NCBI GenBank assembly: GCA_963578805.1
Contig: CAUZDY010000004.1
Span: forward strand, 53,759 to 117,758
Reading direction: 5' to 3'
Origin: Vicinamibacteria bacterium
GTDB lineage: Bacteria > Acidobacteriota > Vicinamibacteria > Vicinamibacterales > UBA8438
Length of the DNA: 64,000 nt
Each line of letters starts with the position of its first letter. Within the stretch, counting starts at the first letter, position 1. Position numbers and translations under genes: made by a program. Shown piece after piece: positions 37,119-46,996 of this stretch. The notes below the pieces were generated by a model. That model saw only the letters and a list, made by a program, of their open reading frames with translations. It searched no databases and had not been told where the DNA came from.

Positions 37119-37904
37119 ATGATGATTCGAACGGTCGTGGTCGACGACGAGAATCCCGCGCGGAACGAGCTGTGCTTTCTGCTCGAACAACTGGACGATG
37201 TCGACGTCGTCGGCCAGGCCAGCAACGGTCTCGATGCGATGGAGATTATCCGAAAACAGCAGCCCGACCTTGTGCTGCTTGATATCCAGATGCCGGGACG
37301 AACCGGATTCGAAGTGACGCGGGAGCTGTTGATCCGAGAAGTTGACGCCCAGATCGTGTTCGTGACGGCCTACGACCAGTACGCCATCGAGGCGTTCGAG
37401 GTGAACGCAGTCGACTATCTGTTAAAACCGGTCGAAGCGCGCCGGCTGCAGCAGAGCATCGAACGGGTCAAACGTCGTCTGACGTCGAAGCGTGACACCG
37501 CTCAGAATAGAGTTGACGATCAGCAGCTGGAGCGGGTCTTGCAGCAAGTTAGCCAACGGCGGACGCAGCGTGAGCGCATCGCGCTCAAGGTGGGCGAGCG
37601 CTTTCAGCTGGTACCATCTGACGATATTATGTATGCGTCACTAGTCGACGATGCGATCACGGTCGTGGCTGGTTGCTTGACTGGAACGTCGAACTTTCGC
37701 ACTCTAGATGAGCTGCAGTCTAACCTAGATGCTGAGATTTTTTGGCGGGTGCACCGATCGCACCTCGTGAACATCAATAAGGTAAAGGAGATCGTCCCGT
37801 GGTTCAGTCGGAACTACATCCTGAAGATGAAGGACGCCAAGGCGACGGAGATTCCGGTCAGCCGAGCCCAGACGAAACGGCTCCGCGAGTATCTGAGTCT
37901 GTAA
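37119..37904 (+). CDS. LytTR-family response regulator
   Basis: REC (VVDDE, LLDIQMP, VTAYD, DYLLKP) plus LytTR (FWRVHRSHLVN, IPVSR). Confidence 0.95.
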   Translation: MMIRTVVVDDENPARNELCFLLEQLDDVDVVGQASNGLDAMEIIRKQQPDLVLLDIQMPGRTGFEVTRELLIREVDAQIVFVTAYDQYAIEAFEVNAVDYLLKPVEARRLQQSIERVKRRLTSKRDTAQNRVDDQQLERVLQQVSQRRTQRERIALKVGERFQLVPSDDIMYASLVDDAITVVAGCLTGTSNFRTLDELQSNLDAEIFWRVHRSHLVNINKVKEIVPWFSRNYILKMKDAKATEIPVSRAQTKRLREYLSL

Positions 37905-37963
37905 CGTCGCCGTTGACGCCCGAAGCCTCGTCGCTGACGCGGCAGGAGCTCGAGAGGAAGAGG

Positions 37964-38569
37964 ATGGAAGGCCCCGAGCCTGACGGCGACCTCGTCGTAG
38001 CGACAATACAGCTCGAACAAAATCGTGTTGCTCGGCGAGGCATGCTGTTCTCGCGCGTGGGCGAAGAATTACTGGCCTGGCTCAAAACCTTTGCGTCGGC
38101 GGCCGTTTACGCCACCCTGATCGTCACCTTCGGATTCCAAGTGGCGCGGGTCGAGGGTAAAAGCATGGAGCCGACCCTCCAGGATCAAGATCGGCTGATC
38201 GTGAACAAAGCAACCTACCGCTTCTTTGGTCAGCCCAAGCGGGGTGACATCGTTATGTTGTTTTACCCGCGCGATCCAGACAAATCGTTCGTCAAACGTG
38301 TCGTCGCCGAAGAGGGTGACACCGTGAGGATTGAGGACGGCCAAGTGTATGTCAACGAGGTGCTCCAGCCCGACCTCTTCGTGCCTCCGGAGTTCAGAAG
38401 CCATGAGGACCACGGCCCAGAGGTTGTTCAGGAGTCGTATTACTTTGTGATGGGTGACCACCGGAACAACAGTTCCGACAGCCGCCATTGGGGACAAGTG
38501 CCTGAGAAGTACATCATCGGGCGAGTCCAGCTTCGGTGGTGGCCACTGACCGACGCACGACTCTTCTAG
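37964..38569 (+). CDS. lepB: Signal peptidase I
   Basis: SMEPTL (catalytic Ser), FVKRVV (Lys), GDHRNNSSDSR; start uncertain. Confidence 0.93.
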   Translation: MEGPEPDGDLVVATIQLEQNRVARRGMLFSRVGEELLAWLKTFASAAVYATLIVTFGFQVARVEGKSMEPTLQDQDRLIVNKATYRFFGQPKRGDIVMLFYPRDPDKSFVKRVVAEEGDTVRIEDGQVYVNEVLQPDLFVPPEFRSHEDHGPEVVQESYYFVMGDHRNNSSDSRHWGQVPEKYIIGRVQLRWWPLTDARLF

Positions 38570-38603
38570 GATCTAGACGGGGAGGCCGGCCCTCGTCGCT
38601 CGC

Positions 38604-40436
38604 CTACCGCTCCGTAGAAGCGGCCGTGTAGAGACCTTCAATAACCTCCTGGTACTTCTCAACGACTACTCGGCGTCGCACCTTTAGGGTTGGTGTCAGT
38701 TCGCCAGACGCCACGCTGAACTCGGTGGGCAATAACTCGAAATTCTTGATCTGCTCGTACCGCGGGAGCTCAGTGTTGACGTGACCGATAGCCACCTCGA
38801 AGAGCGCCCGAACGTCGTCGCGGACAACCAGTGTGGCCGGATCGATTTCGGCAGGAAGTGAAACCATGGCTGCAACGGTTGCAAACTCTGGCACGATCAG
38901 CGCCGACACGAAATGACGGTTGTCACCAATGAGCACCGCTTCCGCCACGAGCGGGTCCTGCTTGAGTCGCTGCTCGATCGGTTGCGGCGCAATGTTCTTT
39001 CCACCGGCCGTGACCAATAGTTCCTTCTTGCGACCGGTGATGCGAAGATACCCCGCATCATCTAGGTGACCGATATCGCCCGTATGGAACCAGCCATCCT
39101 TGATCGCCTCAGCAGTCGCTTCCGGCTGCTGATAGTAGCCAAGCATGAGGTTAGGGCCACGCGCCAGGATTTCACCATCTCCGGCGATCCGAAGCTTGAC
39201 ACGTGGCAGCGCTTTTCCCACCGTCCCGAGGCAGGGGGCACCTTCCGGATTCACCGTCAAGACCGGTGCCGTCTCCGTGAGACCGTACCCTTCAAGGACC
39301 GGAATACCTACCGCAAAGAGGAACTCTGCGACCATCAGTGAGAGCGGCGCCCCACCTGAAATGACAAAACGAAGGCGACCACCCGTTCGCTCTCGGATCT
39401 TGGAGAGCACCAGTCGGTCAGCCAGTCCGTGCTGCACGCGAGTGGCCAGAGACGGCTTTCGTCTCTCTAAACAGGCACGTGCCCGCTGAAGACCGACGCC
39501 GAGCGCCCACTGGAACAGTCTTTGTCTCAGCGGCGGTGCCTGCGAGACGGCGTCGAGGATCCGGGCGCGCAGCTTCTCGAAAACCCGTGGGACACCGGTC
39601 ATCACCGTCGGACCGACGCGCCTCATATCTCGAGCCACTGTCTCCAACGACTCGGCAAAGGTCACAGTTGCGCCGTTGTAGAGATAGAGGTAGACAACCT
39701 GCCGCTCCAGTGCGTGACACAGCGGAAGAAATGACAGCGCGTCATCGGTATCACTAACGGTGATCATTGTGCCGGCGTCGATCACGTTTGCCACGATCGC
39801 ACCGTGCGTCAGCATGACGCCCTTGGGATCGCCCGTCGTACCCGATGTGTAGATAATCGTAGCGAGCTGGTCCGCGCTGATCGCAGAGGCAGCCTCCTTG
39901 AATTCTCGCGCCAGGCCGTCTTCCACCATCAACCGACGATGCCCCCGCCGTTCTACATCTGTAAAACTGACCTCGCTGTGTAATGCCGAGTCGGCCTCCA
40001 CCCTGCCGCTGTCGGCGTCGATGACGACGACCGTCTCTAGATCATCCAGGCCAGACTGTATCGCCCGAACCTTAGCCACCTGCTCCTCATCGGACGCCAC
40101 GACCGTTCTCGCACCGGAGTCAGCAAGGATGTAGCGGATCCGTTCCGCGGTCAGCGTCGGGTAGATCGGGACCGTAACGGCACCGGCTGCAAGCACGCCA
40201 AGGTCGACCACCACCCATTCCGGACGCGTCTCGCAGATTAGGGCCACTCGGTCGCCAGGACTGACGCCAATCTCTTTCAATCCAAGACTGAAGTCGCGAA
40301 TCTGCTCGAAGAACTGTCGGCTCGATAACGCTTCGATACCGACCGGGCTGCACCGCCGAACCAAAGCCGACTTCGGATGGCACCCGGAAAAATGAAACGG
40401 CAAGTCAGCAAGCGTACGGATCTCGGTGGTGGTCAT
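38604..40436 (-). CDS. Long-chain-fatty-acid--CoA ligase
   Basis: IYTSGTTGDPKG, EGYGLTET, WFHTGDIG, GGKNIAP, ELTPTLK. Confidence 0.93.
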   Translation of the reverse strand: MTTTEIRTLADLPFHFSGCHPKSALVRRCSPVGIEALSSRQFFEQIRDFSLGLKEIGVSPGDRVALICETRPEWVVVDLGVLAAGAVTVPIYPTLTAERIRYILADSGARTVVASDEEQVAKVRAIQSGLDDLETVVVIDADSGRVEADSALHSEVSFTDVERRGHRRLMVEDGLAREFKEAASAISADQLATIIYTSGTTGDPKGVMLTHGAIVANVIDAGTMITVSDTDDALSFLPLCHALERQVVYLYLYNGATVTFAESLETVARDMRRVGPTVMTGVPRVFEKLRARILDAVSQAPPLRQRLFQWALGVGLQRARACLERRKPSLATRVQHGLADRLVLSKIRERTGGRLRFVISGGAPLSLMVAEFLFAVGIPVLEGYGLTETAPVLTVNPEGAPCLGTVGKALPRVKLRIAGDGEILARGPNLMLGYYQQPEATAEAIKDGWFHTGDIGHLDDAGYLRITGRKKELLVTAGGKNIAPQPIEQRLKQDPLVAEAVLIGDNRHFVSALIVPEFATVAAMVSLPAEIDPATLVVRDDVRALFEVAIGHVNTELPRYEQIKNFELLPTEFSVASGELTPTLKVRRRVVVEKYQEVIEGLYTAASTER

Positions 40437-40505
40437 CCGTTAATTCTATTCGCCGGGTCTTAACGGCGACGCTAGGTGCCTGGCGCGACGCACGAGAACA
40501 CTCCA

Positions 40506-40994
40506 CTAGTCCTGCGTGAAGGTCCCTGACCGGCCACCGCTCTTCTTGATGAGCCGGATCTCTCCAATGACCATCGTGCGGTCGACCGCCTTCACCATGT
40601 CGTAGACGGTCAACGCAGCCATCGTCACAGCTATGAGGGCCTCCATCTCGACACCGGTCTGCGCTGTGGTCTTGACCCGCGCCTCAATCTCGTAACCATC
40701 ATCGCACGGTCGAAGGTCTACTTCGACCTGGGTCAGAGGAATCGGATGACACAAAGGAATCAGGTCGGCTGTCCGCTTTGCAGCCATGATGCCGGCGATC
40801 CGAGCCGCCTGCAGCGGGTCTCCCTTGGAAACTGCTCCGGTCCGGATCAACTTGAGCGCCACCGCCGAGATCTGAATCATGCCTCGCGCCACCGCTTCGC
40901 GCGCTGTCACGGCCTTCTCACCAACATCCACCATCCGAACGCGACCCTCGGGGTCGATGTGTGACAGTTCCGGCTTGGTCTCGTCATCGGTCAT
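40506..40994 (-). CDS. moaC: Cyclic pyranopterin monophosphate synthase MoaC
   Basis: [31 protein letters not shown]. Confidence 0.96.
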   Translation of the reverse strand: MTDDETKPELSHIDPEGRVRMVDVGEKAVTAREAVARGMIQISAVALKLIRTGAVSKGDPLQAARIAGIMAAKRTADLIPLCHPIPLTQVEVDLRPCDDGYEIEARVKTTAQTGVEMEALIAVTMAALTVYDMVKAVDRTMVIGEIRLIKKSGGRSGTFTQD

Positions 40995-41007
40995 GGGATT
41001 CCGGTCA

Positions 41008-41655
41008 TCACTCAGGACCATCGTTCCGTCCTTCCCGCGCCAGGAAGAACGAAAGACCTTCAAGTGACACGGTCAGATCAACGCTCTTGAGCTTGACATA
41101 ATCCGGCACGCGGAGCGTATCAGGCGAGAAATTTAGTACGGCTCTGATCCCAGCATCGATGACCGTCTTGACGACAGCTTGAGCCGACGTGGCGGGAACG
41201 GCAATCACCGCAATCGTGATCCTTTCGCGCCTGGCGATCTCCTTGAGTTCCAGAATGTCGTAGATCGATACGCCGCTGCGTGAGACCCGCCCGATCTTGT
41301 CGTGTAAATTGTCGAAGAGTGCGACAATCTGAAACCCCTCTTGTCGGAAACCGGGATAATCAGCCAAAGCCAGCCCAAGGTTTCCCGCTCCCATGATGGC
41401 CACTCTCAGCTGACGGTTCAGGCCAAGAATCGATCGAAGCTCGCGGCGAAGGTCTTCTACGACATAGCCCACTCCGCGAATTCCGAGGTCGCCGAAGTGT
41501 GCCAGGTCCTTCCGAATCAGCGCCGCGTTGAGACCGAACTGTTCGGCTAGTGACTTCGATGACACCGTCTTTACCTCTCGGCGCTGCAGGTCGTTCAGGA
41601 AGCGAAGGTACAACGATAGCCGGTTCGTTGTGAGCTCGGAAATCGGCTCCTGCAT
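41008..41655 (-). CDS. rex: Redox-sensing transcriptional repressor Rex
   Basis: RLSLYLR, IRKDL..FG..G.RGVGY, GAGNLG.AL, VLNFSP. Confidence 0.95.
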   Translation of the reverse strand: MQEPISELTTNRLSLYLRFLNDLQRREVKTVSSKSLAEQFGLNAALIRKDLAHFGDLGIRGVGYVVEDLRRELRSILGLNRQLRVAIMGAGNLGLALADYPGFRQEGFQIVALFDNLHDKIGRVSRSGVSIYDILELKEIARRERITIAVIAVPATSAQAVVKTVIDAGIRAVLNFSPDTLRVPDYVKLKSVDLTVSLEGLSFFLAREGRNDGPE

Positions 41656-41686
41656 GCGACATTCTAACCGTGAACGCCGTGTTAAG

Positions 41687-42823
41687 ATGCCAGAAGTGCG
41701 TTCACTGGCTATTCTTAGTATTGTCGTCGTCGGATTGAGCATAGCCGCACCCTTGAGCGGACAGCGCGCCGGGCGGCGAGTGGTCACACTTGATCTCCTT
41801 GAGGAGCACCCACACTTCTTTCACGGCGAAGAGGTCATCCTGCAGTCGGACACGGTAGGTGAGGGTGTCCTGGCGTATCTTGTGGACGACCAGCACCGGG
41901 TGCTGGTGATTGACATTCCACCGCTGCCGAGCCGCGTCCCCGAGCGTCTGGAGATCATCGGAACCTTCTACGACGTGGGACGTCTCGAGCCTGGAGATCC
42001 GCGAACCGTAGGCCAGCCCTTCGAGAGGCTCGCCGAATCCCTTCTTGATAAGCCCTGGCCAGGCGTCGGCGAGCTGAAGCTTCTTATCGCCGAATCGTCC
42101 CAGCCCGTCACCGAACCAGACCTGGTGACGCTACGAACCGTTGCACTCAATCCAGATGGCTACCTCAACGAAGACGTCATATTGACCGGGCGGTTCCGAG
42201 GTCGCAATCTGTACGGTGACCTTCCAAATGCACCAGGCGAAAGTCCTTATGACTTCGTCCTCACGTCCGCCGACGCGTCGATCTGGGTTGTCGGGCGCGA
42301 ACCGAAGGGCGACGACTTCGAACTCGATGTGCGGGCTCGCATCGACACCGGTCGCTGGCTGGAGGTCACCGGACGCGTCCGTGTCCACGAGGGGATGGTG
42401 ATGCTCGATGCCGGAAGGATCCGACTGGCCGAACCGGCTGCGCATCCGGTGACACCGACACAGGTGCGACTCCGCCAAGGTCCGGAGCCTGAGGTTATCT
42501 TCAGTACGCCGCTCGAGGATGATACGGACATCCCGACCGACACGACCGTTCGTATCCAGTTCTCGCGCGACATGGACGAAGACTCGTTCGAAGGACGCGT
42601 ACGTGTCAGCTATGCGACACTTGCGGGGGTTACTACACCCGACGAACCGCCGCAGGTCCTATTCGATACCTCCTACCGTGGTCTCAATCGCGTGCTGGAG
42701 ATACGATTCGCTGAGCCGCTGGTCGCATTCCAGACAGTCAACGTGGAACTGCTCGAGGGCGTCGCGGCGAGAGACGGGGTGATGCTCGCGCCCTGGTCCC
42801 TCTCGTTCTTTGTCGGACGCTAG
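41687..42823 (+). CDS. Secreted protein with two OB-fold-like repeats and a C-terminal Ig-like (Big_5-type) domain
   Basis: Signal peptide; repeated 'TL..L..(H/N)P..(F/Y)..E.VIL'; C-terminal PEVIFSTP...VRIQFSRDMD...WSLSF. Confidence 0.7.
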   Translation: MPEVRSLAILSIVVVGLSIAAPLSGQRAGRRVVTLDLLEEHPHFFHGEEVILQSDTVGEGVLAYLVDDQHRVLVIDIPPLPSRVPERLEIIGTFYDVGRLEPGDPRTVGQPFERLAESLLDKPWPGVGELKLLIAESSQPVTEPDLVTLRTVALNPDGYLNEDVILTGRFRGRNLYGDLPNAPGESPYDFVLTSADASIWVVGREPKGDDFELDVRARIDTGRWLEVTGRVRVHEGMVMLDAGRIRLAEPAAHPVTPTQVRLRQGPEPEVIFSTPLEDDTDIPTDTTVRIQFSRDMDEDSFEGRVRVSYATLAGVTTPDEPPQVLFDTSYRGLNRVLEIRFAEPLVAFQTVNVELLEGVAARDGVMLAPWSLSFFVGR

Positions 42824-43581
42824 TCCGCCTCGATCGGTCCCGACTCAAGCAGAGCCTGCACGGCAGCACGGGTGACCGAAATGAGCGTGTCGCGCTCTTC
42901 GAGTGTTCGCCCCGTGACTTTAATTGGAAGGCCGAGACGAACGCTAACCACGACTGGTCTGATGATCAGGCTGCCTTTTCGCATCGCCGCGGAGGTTCCT
43001 TGAATCGCGACCGGGACGATGGTCGCCCCTCCTTTGATGGCCATGATGAAGCCACCTTTTTTAAACGGGAGCAGCTTGCCCGTGCGGCTGCGAGTGCCTT
43101 CGGGAAAGACAAGAAACGACTTCCCTCTGCGGAGCGCGGCGGCGGCAGTCTCGATCGCCTGCATGCTTCGTTCGCGACTCCCGCGCTCGATCGGAACAAA
43201 GCCCACAATGTCCCAGGCTCGTTTCAGTACCGGCAGCGCCTTTCGTAATTCCGCTTTGTACAACACGACGAGCTTTGGGTGCAGCGCCTTGAGAACCATA
43301 AACAGGATCGGCGGTTCGATGTTGCTGGCATGGTTGACGCAATACACGGCGGCTCGGTATCGCTGCACGTGTTCGAGTCCAGTTGCGTGAAACGTAATTC
43401 CAACCGTGGCAAACCCTAGCCGCACACCGCCCCTCGCGAGCCAGTACAGGACCTCGGGCCATTTAAAAATGACGGCCAGCACGATTCCAGGCGGCGCAAG
43501 AAGCAGGACGTAGAGCGAGACGCTGATGTACGCCGCCAGCGAGCGGATGCCAGCCAGCACAGTGTGGAGATGGTCAGTCAC
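42820..43581 (-). CDS. plsC: 1-acyl-sn-glycerol-3-phosphate acyltransferase
   Basis: NHASNIE (NHX4D variant), FPEGTRS, PFKKG. Confidence 0.9.
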   Translation of the reverse strand: MTDHLHTVLAGIRSLAAYISVSLYVLLLAPPGIVLAVIFKWPEVLYWLARGGVRLGFATVGITFHATGLEHVQRYRAAVYCVNHASNIEPPILFMVLKALHPKLVVLYKAELRKALPVLKRAWDIVGFVPIERGSRERSMQAIETAAAALRRGKSFLVFPEGTRSRTGKLLPFKKGGFIMAIKGGATIVPVAIQGTSAAMRKGSLIIRPVVVSVRLGLPIKVTGRTLEERDTLISVTRAAVQALLESGPIEAD

Positions 43582-43610
43582 GATTCATGGGGCGAGGGTG
43601 CTTGGCATGA

Positions 43611-43644
43611 GAAAGGCCCGACCCGGAGTTTCCAGGTCGAGCCT
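43611..43644 (-). terminator. Probable intrinsic terminator after carD
   Basis: Minus strand AGGCTCGACCTGGA-AAC-TCCGGGTCGGGCCT hairpin followed by TTCT. Confidence 0.55.
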
Positions 43645-43707
43645 GATCGTCCTCTTCAATGGAATCAGTCGAAGGTCAGGACGTAATAGCGAAGATGAAG
43701 ATCGTGA

Positions 43708-44298
43708 TCAGGAAGCGCGGGCGGCACCACGTACAGCTGGCTTCTTGACCTTCGCGACCTTCTTCGACGCCTTGGCAGTCTTAGCCCTCGTCAAGCTACG
43801 ACTCCGGTTTACGAGACAGCGATCGAGCGCTTTACCGACCTTGGTTTCAATAGATTCTGGACTATCGCCGGTGACCTCTGCAATCTCTGAGACCACAAGA
43901 AATCTGGCTCGGTCGAGCATCCGCTTCTCCCGAAACGAGAGGCTCTTCGACTTGCTGAGGTGATTGAGACTCTTCAAGACATCGATGACGTCACGTATTG
44001 AGCCAGTGCGCATTTTGTCAGAGTTGTCCTTAAATCGTCCCTTCCAGTTTTGGTGGTTAACGATTTTGCCGTTCCCAAGCCGCAGAAACAGTTCTCTGAC
44101 TTCAGTGTCAGATATGGCTGGACGAAGACCAACACCCTCAACGTTTCCGAGCGGAACCAGCACGGTGGTGCCGCTCGAAGCCATGCGGAGCGAGTAAAAT
44201 CGGCAGGTCGTACCGAGAATCGTCTTTTCTTCAATCTTGTCGACCAGGCCCAAGCCATGATTTGGGTAGATGACCTTGTCGCCGACCTCAAATTCCAA
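43708..44298 (-). CDS. carD: CarD-family RNA polymerase-binding regulator with basic tail
   Basis: FEVGDKVIYPNHGLG, NWKGRFK conserved Trp, LSFREKRML..AR; TTG start after a G-rich SD. Confidence 0.92.
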   Translation of the reverse strand: MEFEVGDKVIYPNHGLGLVDKIEEKTILGTTCRFYSLRMASSGTTVLVPLGNVEGVGLRPAISDTEVRELFLRLGNGKIVNHQNWKGRFKDNSDKMRTGSIRDVIDVLKSLNHLSKSKSLSFREKRMLDRARFLVVSEIAEVTGDSPESIETKVGKALDRCLVNRSRSLTRAKTAKASKKVAKVKKPAVRGAARAS

Positions 44299-44646
44299 AT
44301 GTCCCCCCTGAGTTAGCACACCGCATAAACTGCGAGTTTTAACGACCTATAATAACCATAAGTGTAGCTCATTCAGTCACTTCAGGCAACTTTTGAACTC
44401 AGATAAAAACAGGTATAAGGGCGCCAAAGCGCCCTCGGCGCCCGGTAAATATCGACCGTGTGTGTGCAGAGACCGCCAATTGGAGTCTTGACGACAATTA
44501 GAGGCAAATGACCAATCTAAATCGAATCGAACCCGTAATTCAGGGCCAGTGACGTGACCTGGTGTCGGTACCCCACCAGAGCCGAAGCAGGTGAGTCCTG
44601 ATATAAAATAGCACCATACCTCTCCACTCTTCCGGAGGAGGAAACG

Positions 44647-45252
44647 ATGATGACTCACGAACGAGCGACCCGACCCCTGGGAGGCTTCCCGGTGGTCTTG
44701 GCTGTGGCGACCGCGCTCGTCGTCGCCGGGCAGGGTTTGACCCTTGCCAGCTTGGCGGCCCAAGACCCGTCTAACCTGGCCCCGTTTGTTCCAACGCCGC
44801 AAGACGTCGTCGATCGGATGCTGGAGCTGGCAGAGGTGTCCGAAAACGACGTCGTCTACGACCTGGGATGCGGCGATGGGCGAATTGTCATCAGGGCGGC
44901 AGAACGATACGGTGCTCGGGGTGTCGGCATCGATATCGACCCGCAGCGGGTCGCGGAGTCAAGAGCGAATGCGGAGCGTGCTGGTGTAAGCCACCTTGTC
45001 GAGTTCATTCAGCAGGATGCACTTCAGGTCGATGTGTCGGATGCGACGGTGGTCACGCTATACCTGCTGTCGTCGTCAAACATTAAGATCCGACCAATTT
45101 TGACGAGCCAGCTCGCACCTGGGGCACGGATTGTCTCTCACGCGTTCAGTATGGGGAACTGGGAGGCTGACCAGATCGAGCGCTTCACCGACACGCGAGG
45201 TAACACCCGAACGCTCTATCTGTGGAAGCACGACGGAACGGTCAGGCCGTAG
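44647..45252 (+). CDS. Class I SAM-dependent methyltransferase with N-terminal signal/TM
   Basis: PFVPTP..VV..ML, YDLGCGDGRI, VTLYLL, RIVSH.F; SD GGAGGA. Confidence 0.9.
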   Translation: MMTHERATRPLGGFPVVLAVATALVVAGQGLTLASLAAQDPSNLAPFVPTPQDVVDRMLELAEVSENDVVYDLGCGDGRIVIRAAERYGARGVGIDIDPQRVAESRANAERAGVSHLVEFIQQDALQVDVSDATVVTLYLLSSSNIKIRPILTSQLAPGARIVSHAFSMGNWEADQIERFTDTRGNTRTLYLWKHDGTVRP

Positions 45253-45405
45253 GGTGCGTTTCTCCTAGAGGACGGCACTGTCGTCACGCTCACGACGAGC
45301 GTCTCCTGGATCGACGGCGTCGAGCGTGGACAAAGCCCACGAAATCTTTCAAGATCATGCAATAAGCCTCGCCCGAAGACCTGGTTTCCTACCTGTCGAC
45401 GACGA

Positions 45406-45491
45406 GCCGGAGTGGCGAAACTGGCAGACGCGCTGGACTCAAAATCCAGTGAGGTTCACCCCTCGTGGGGGTTCGACTCCCCCCTCCGGCA
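45406..45491 (+). tRNA. tRNA-Leu (CAA)
   Basis: GCCGGAG/CTCCGGC acceptor stem, CTGGA-CTCAAAA-TCCAG anticodon arm, long variable arm, GGTTCGACTCC T arm; CCA not encoded. Confidence 0.96.
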
Positions 45492-46541
45492 CAATCTTTA
45501 TTAACGCAATGACGACCGAGATGTCTGCTCCACGGTCTCCGACAATCCCTGCACAACCGAAAGTGTGACCATCGCAGACACGACCGGCCTGTTTTGGCGG
45601 TACACGGATTAGAAAGGTGTGGAGATGGCGAACTTGCCTACCGTTTTCCGGATCCTTCTCTCCTTAAGGGGTGCCTCTCAGTCACGAATTCCTTGCATCG
45701 GTGACTTCTGTACTAACGGATGGACCGAGCCGGTTGCTCATCCTCATGGGCATCGCGACAATCGAGCAAGGGTAGGTCGTTACTGTCTGTCGGCTTCTTT
45801 GTTTCTACGGACTTGCCGGAGCGACGAATCTTCTGAGTGCCGTGGCGTTCACCAAGTCTAGGACCTTGCGACGTCTGGAAATGTTGCGCAGGGCGATGAT
45901 GATCATCACTGTGGCTACACCGCTTCTGCTCTGGCGGTCTTATATTACGTGTGAATTCGGCGTGCCGTCACTGGACAGCCCGGATAACCTGTAGAACCCC
46001 TCTCATGGGTTACTTGCAAAAGTGGTCGGTCAGAATTATGGAACTGGAGATGTCAGGTTAGGACCGGCCAGGTCTAGGCACGGATTGTTTGCGCTGGTTA
46101 GCCTAACGATGCAGTTTCTCTACCTCGCATCCAGAATTGCGTGGCGCAAAACCTTGGTGGAGAGTCTGAGCGACAGACGGTGAGCCTGTGGTCTTCCTCG
46201 CCTCGTCAACAAGTGACCGGTAGCGTAAAGAAGTATCTGAGAGGCGCCGTACACGACAAACGGGACCGTGAGCAGTCACCCGGCCTGCTCACGCTACTCA
46301 GTTCGCTACCCGGGTCACAAATGACGACACTACCTTGATCAAATTGACCAAAACTCCCATAACAGAGAGGACTCATTCGTCAGCGCTCTAAGTCGTTACC
46401 GGACTGCTCTGCCGCCGAAATGGCACTGGCTGTTACCCAGATTCCGACGAGCGGTAAGATGATCCCGAATAAGAGCCCAACCATAATTCTGTCTCCCACC
46501 GCCTCCGCCATGATGTAAGAAGGTCACATCTAGCCGTTGGC

Positions 46542-46563
46542 GTTTCATGTCAGTTTCATGTCA
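46542..46563. repeat. Perfect 11-bp tandem direct repeat (Pho-box/OmpR-family-like)
   Basis: GTTTCATGTCA GTTTCATGTCA. Confidence 0.75.
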
Positions 46564-46734
46564 AACGTGTAAGTCTATCCGTTAGAGTCTAAGATTTTCG
46601 TCTCGCTTTGGTCGTTCTCTCAGGCACTCACGTTGGTCCTTGAGATGCTACACATGCAGGTAAGTCTACCGGCTTTCTAGTCTCGCTGGGCACAGAGCCG
46701 AAAGTGGCCAGGCTAAGGTTGATCAACAGCGTGA

Positions 46735-46980
46735 GGGATTTCGAACTCCTGGACAGCGGATATCACGAGCGGCAACTCCGGCTCTCCGGTCATCGACGTG
46801 GAGGGAAACGCCGTCGGCTTCATCTTCGACGAAAACATTGGAAGTCTGGTCGGCACCTTTGCGTATGATGACTGGGACTCCAGAACGACCGCGGTCCACC
46901 CAGGGTATATCTTCGAGGCACTGGAGGAACATTACGACGCGGAGCCACTCGCCCATGAACTGATGGTAATGCGACCCTAG
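46735..46980 (+). pseudogene. C-terminal remnant of an S46-family dipeptidyl peptidase
   Basis: ADITSGNSGSPVIDVEGNAVGFIFDENI.SL...FAYD...RTTAVH...I.EALEEHYDA..LAHEL; in-frame TGA just upstream and no N-terminal part. Confidence 0.8.
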
Positions 46981-46996
46981 TCTGGTGAGTGGTCGC

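Noticed and set aside
46732-46734. TGA before the S46 fragment as a third Sec codon
   Set aside because: Not in a redox motif, and no open upstream coding region.
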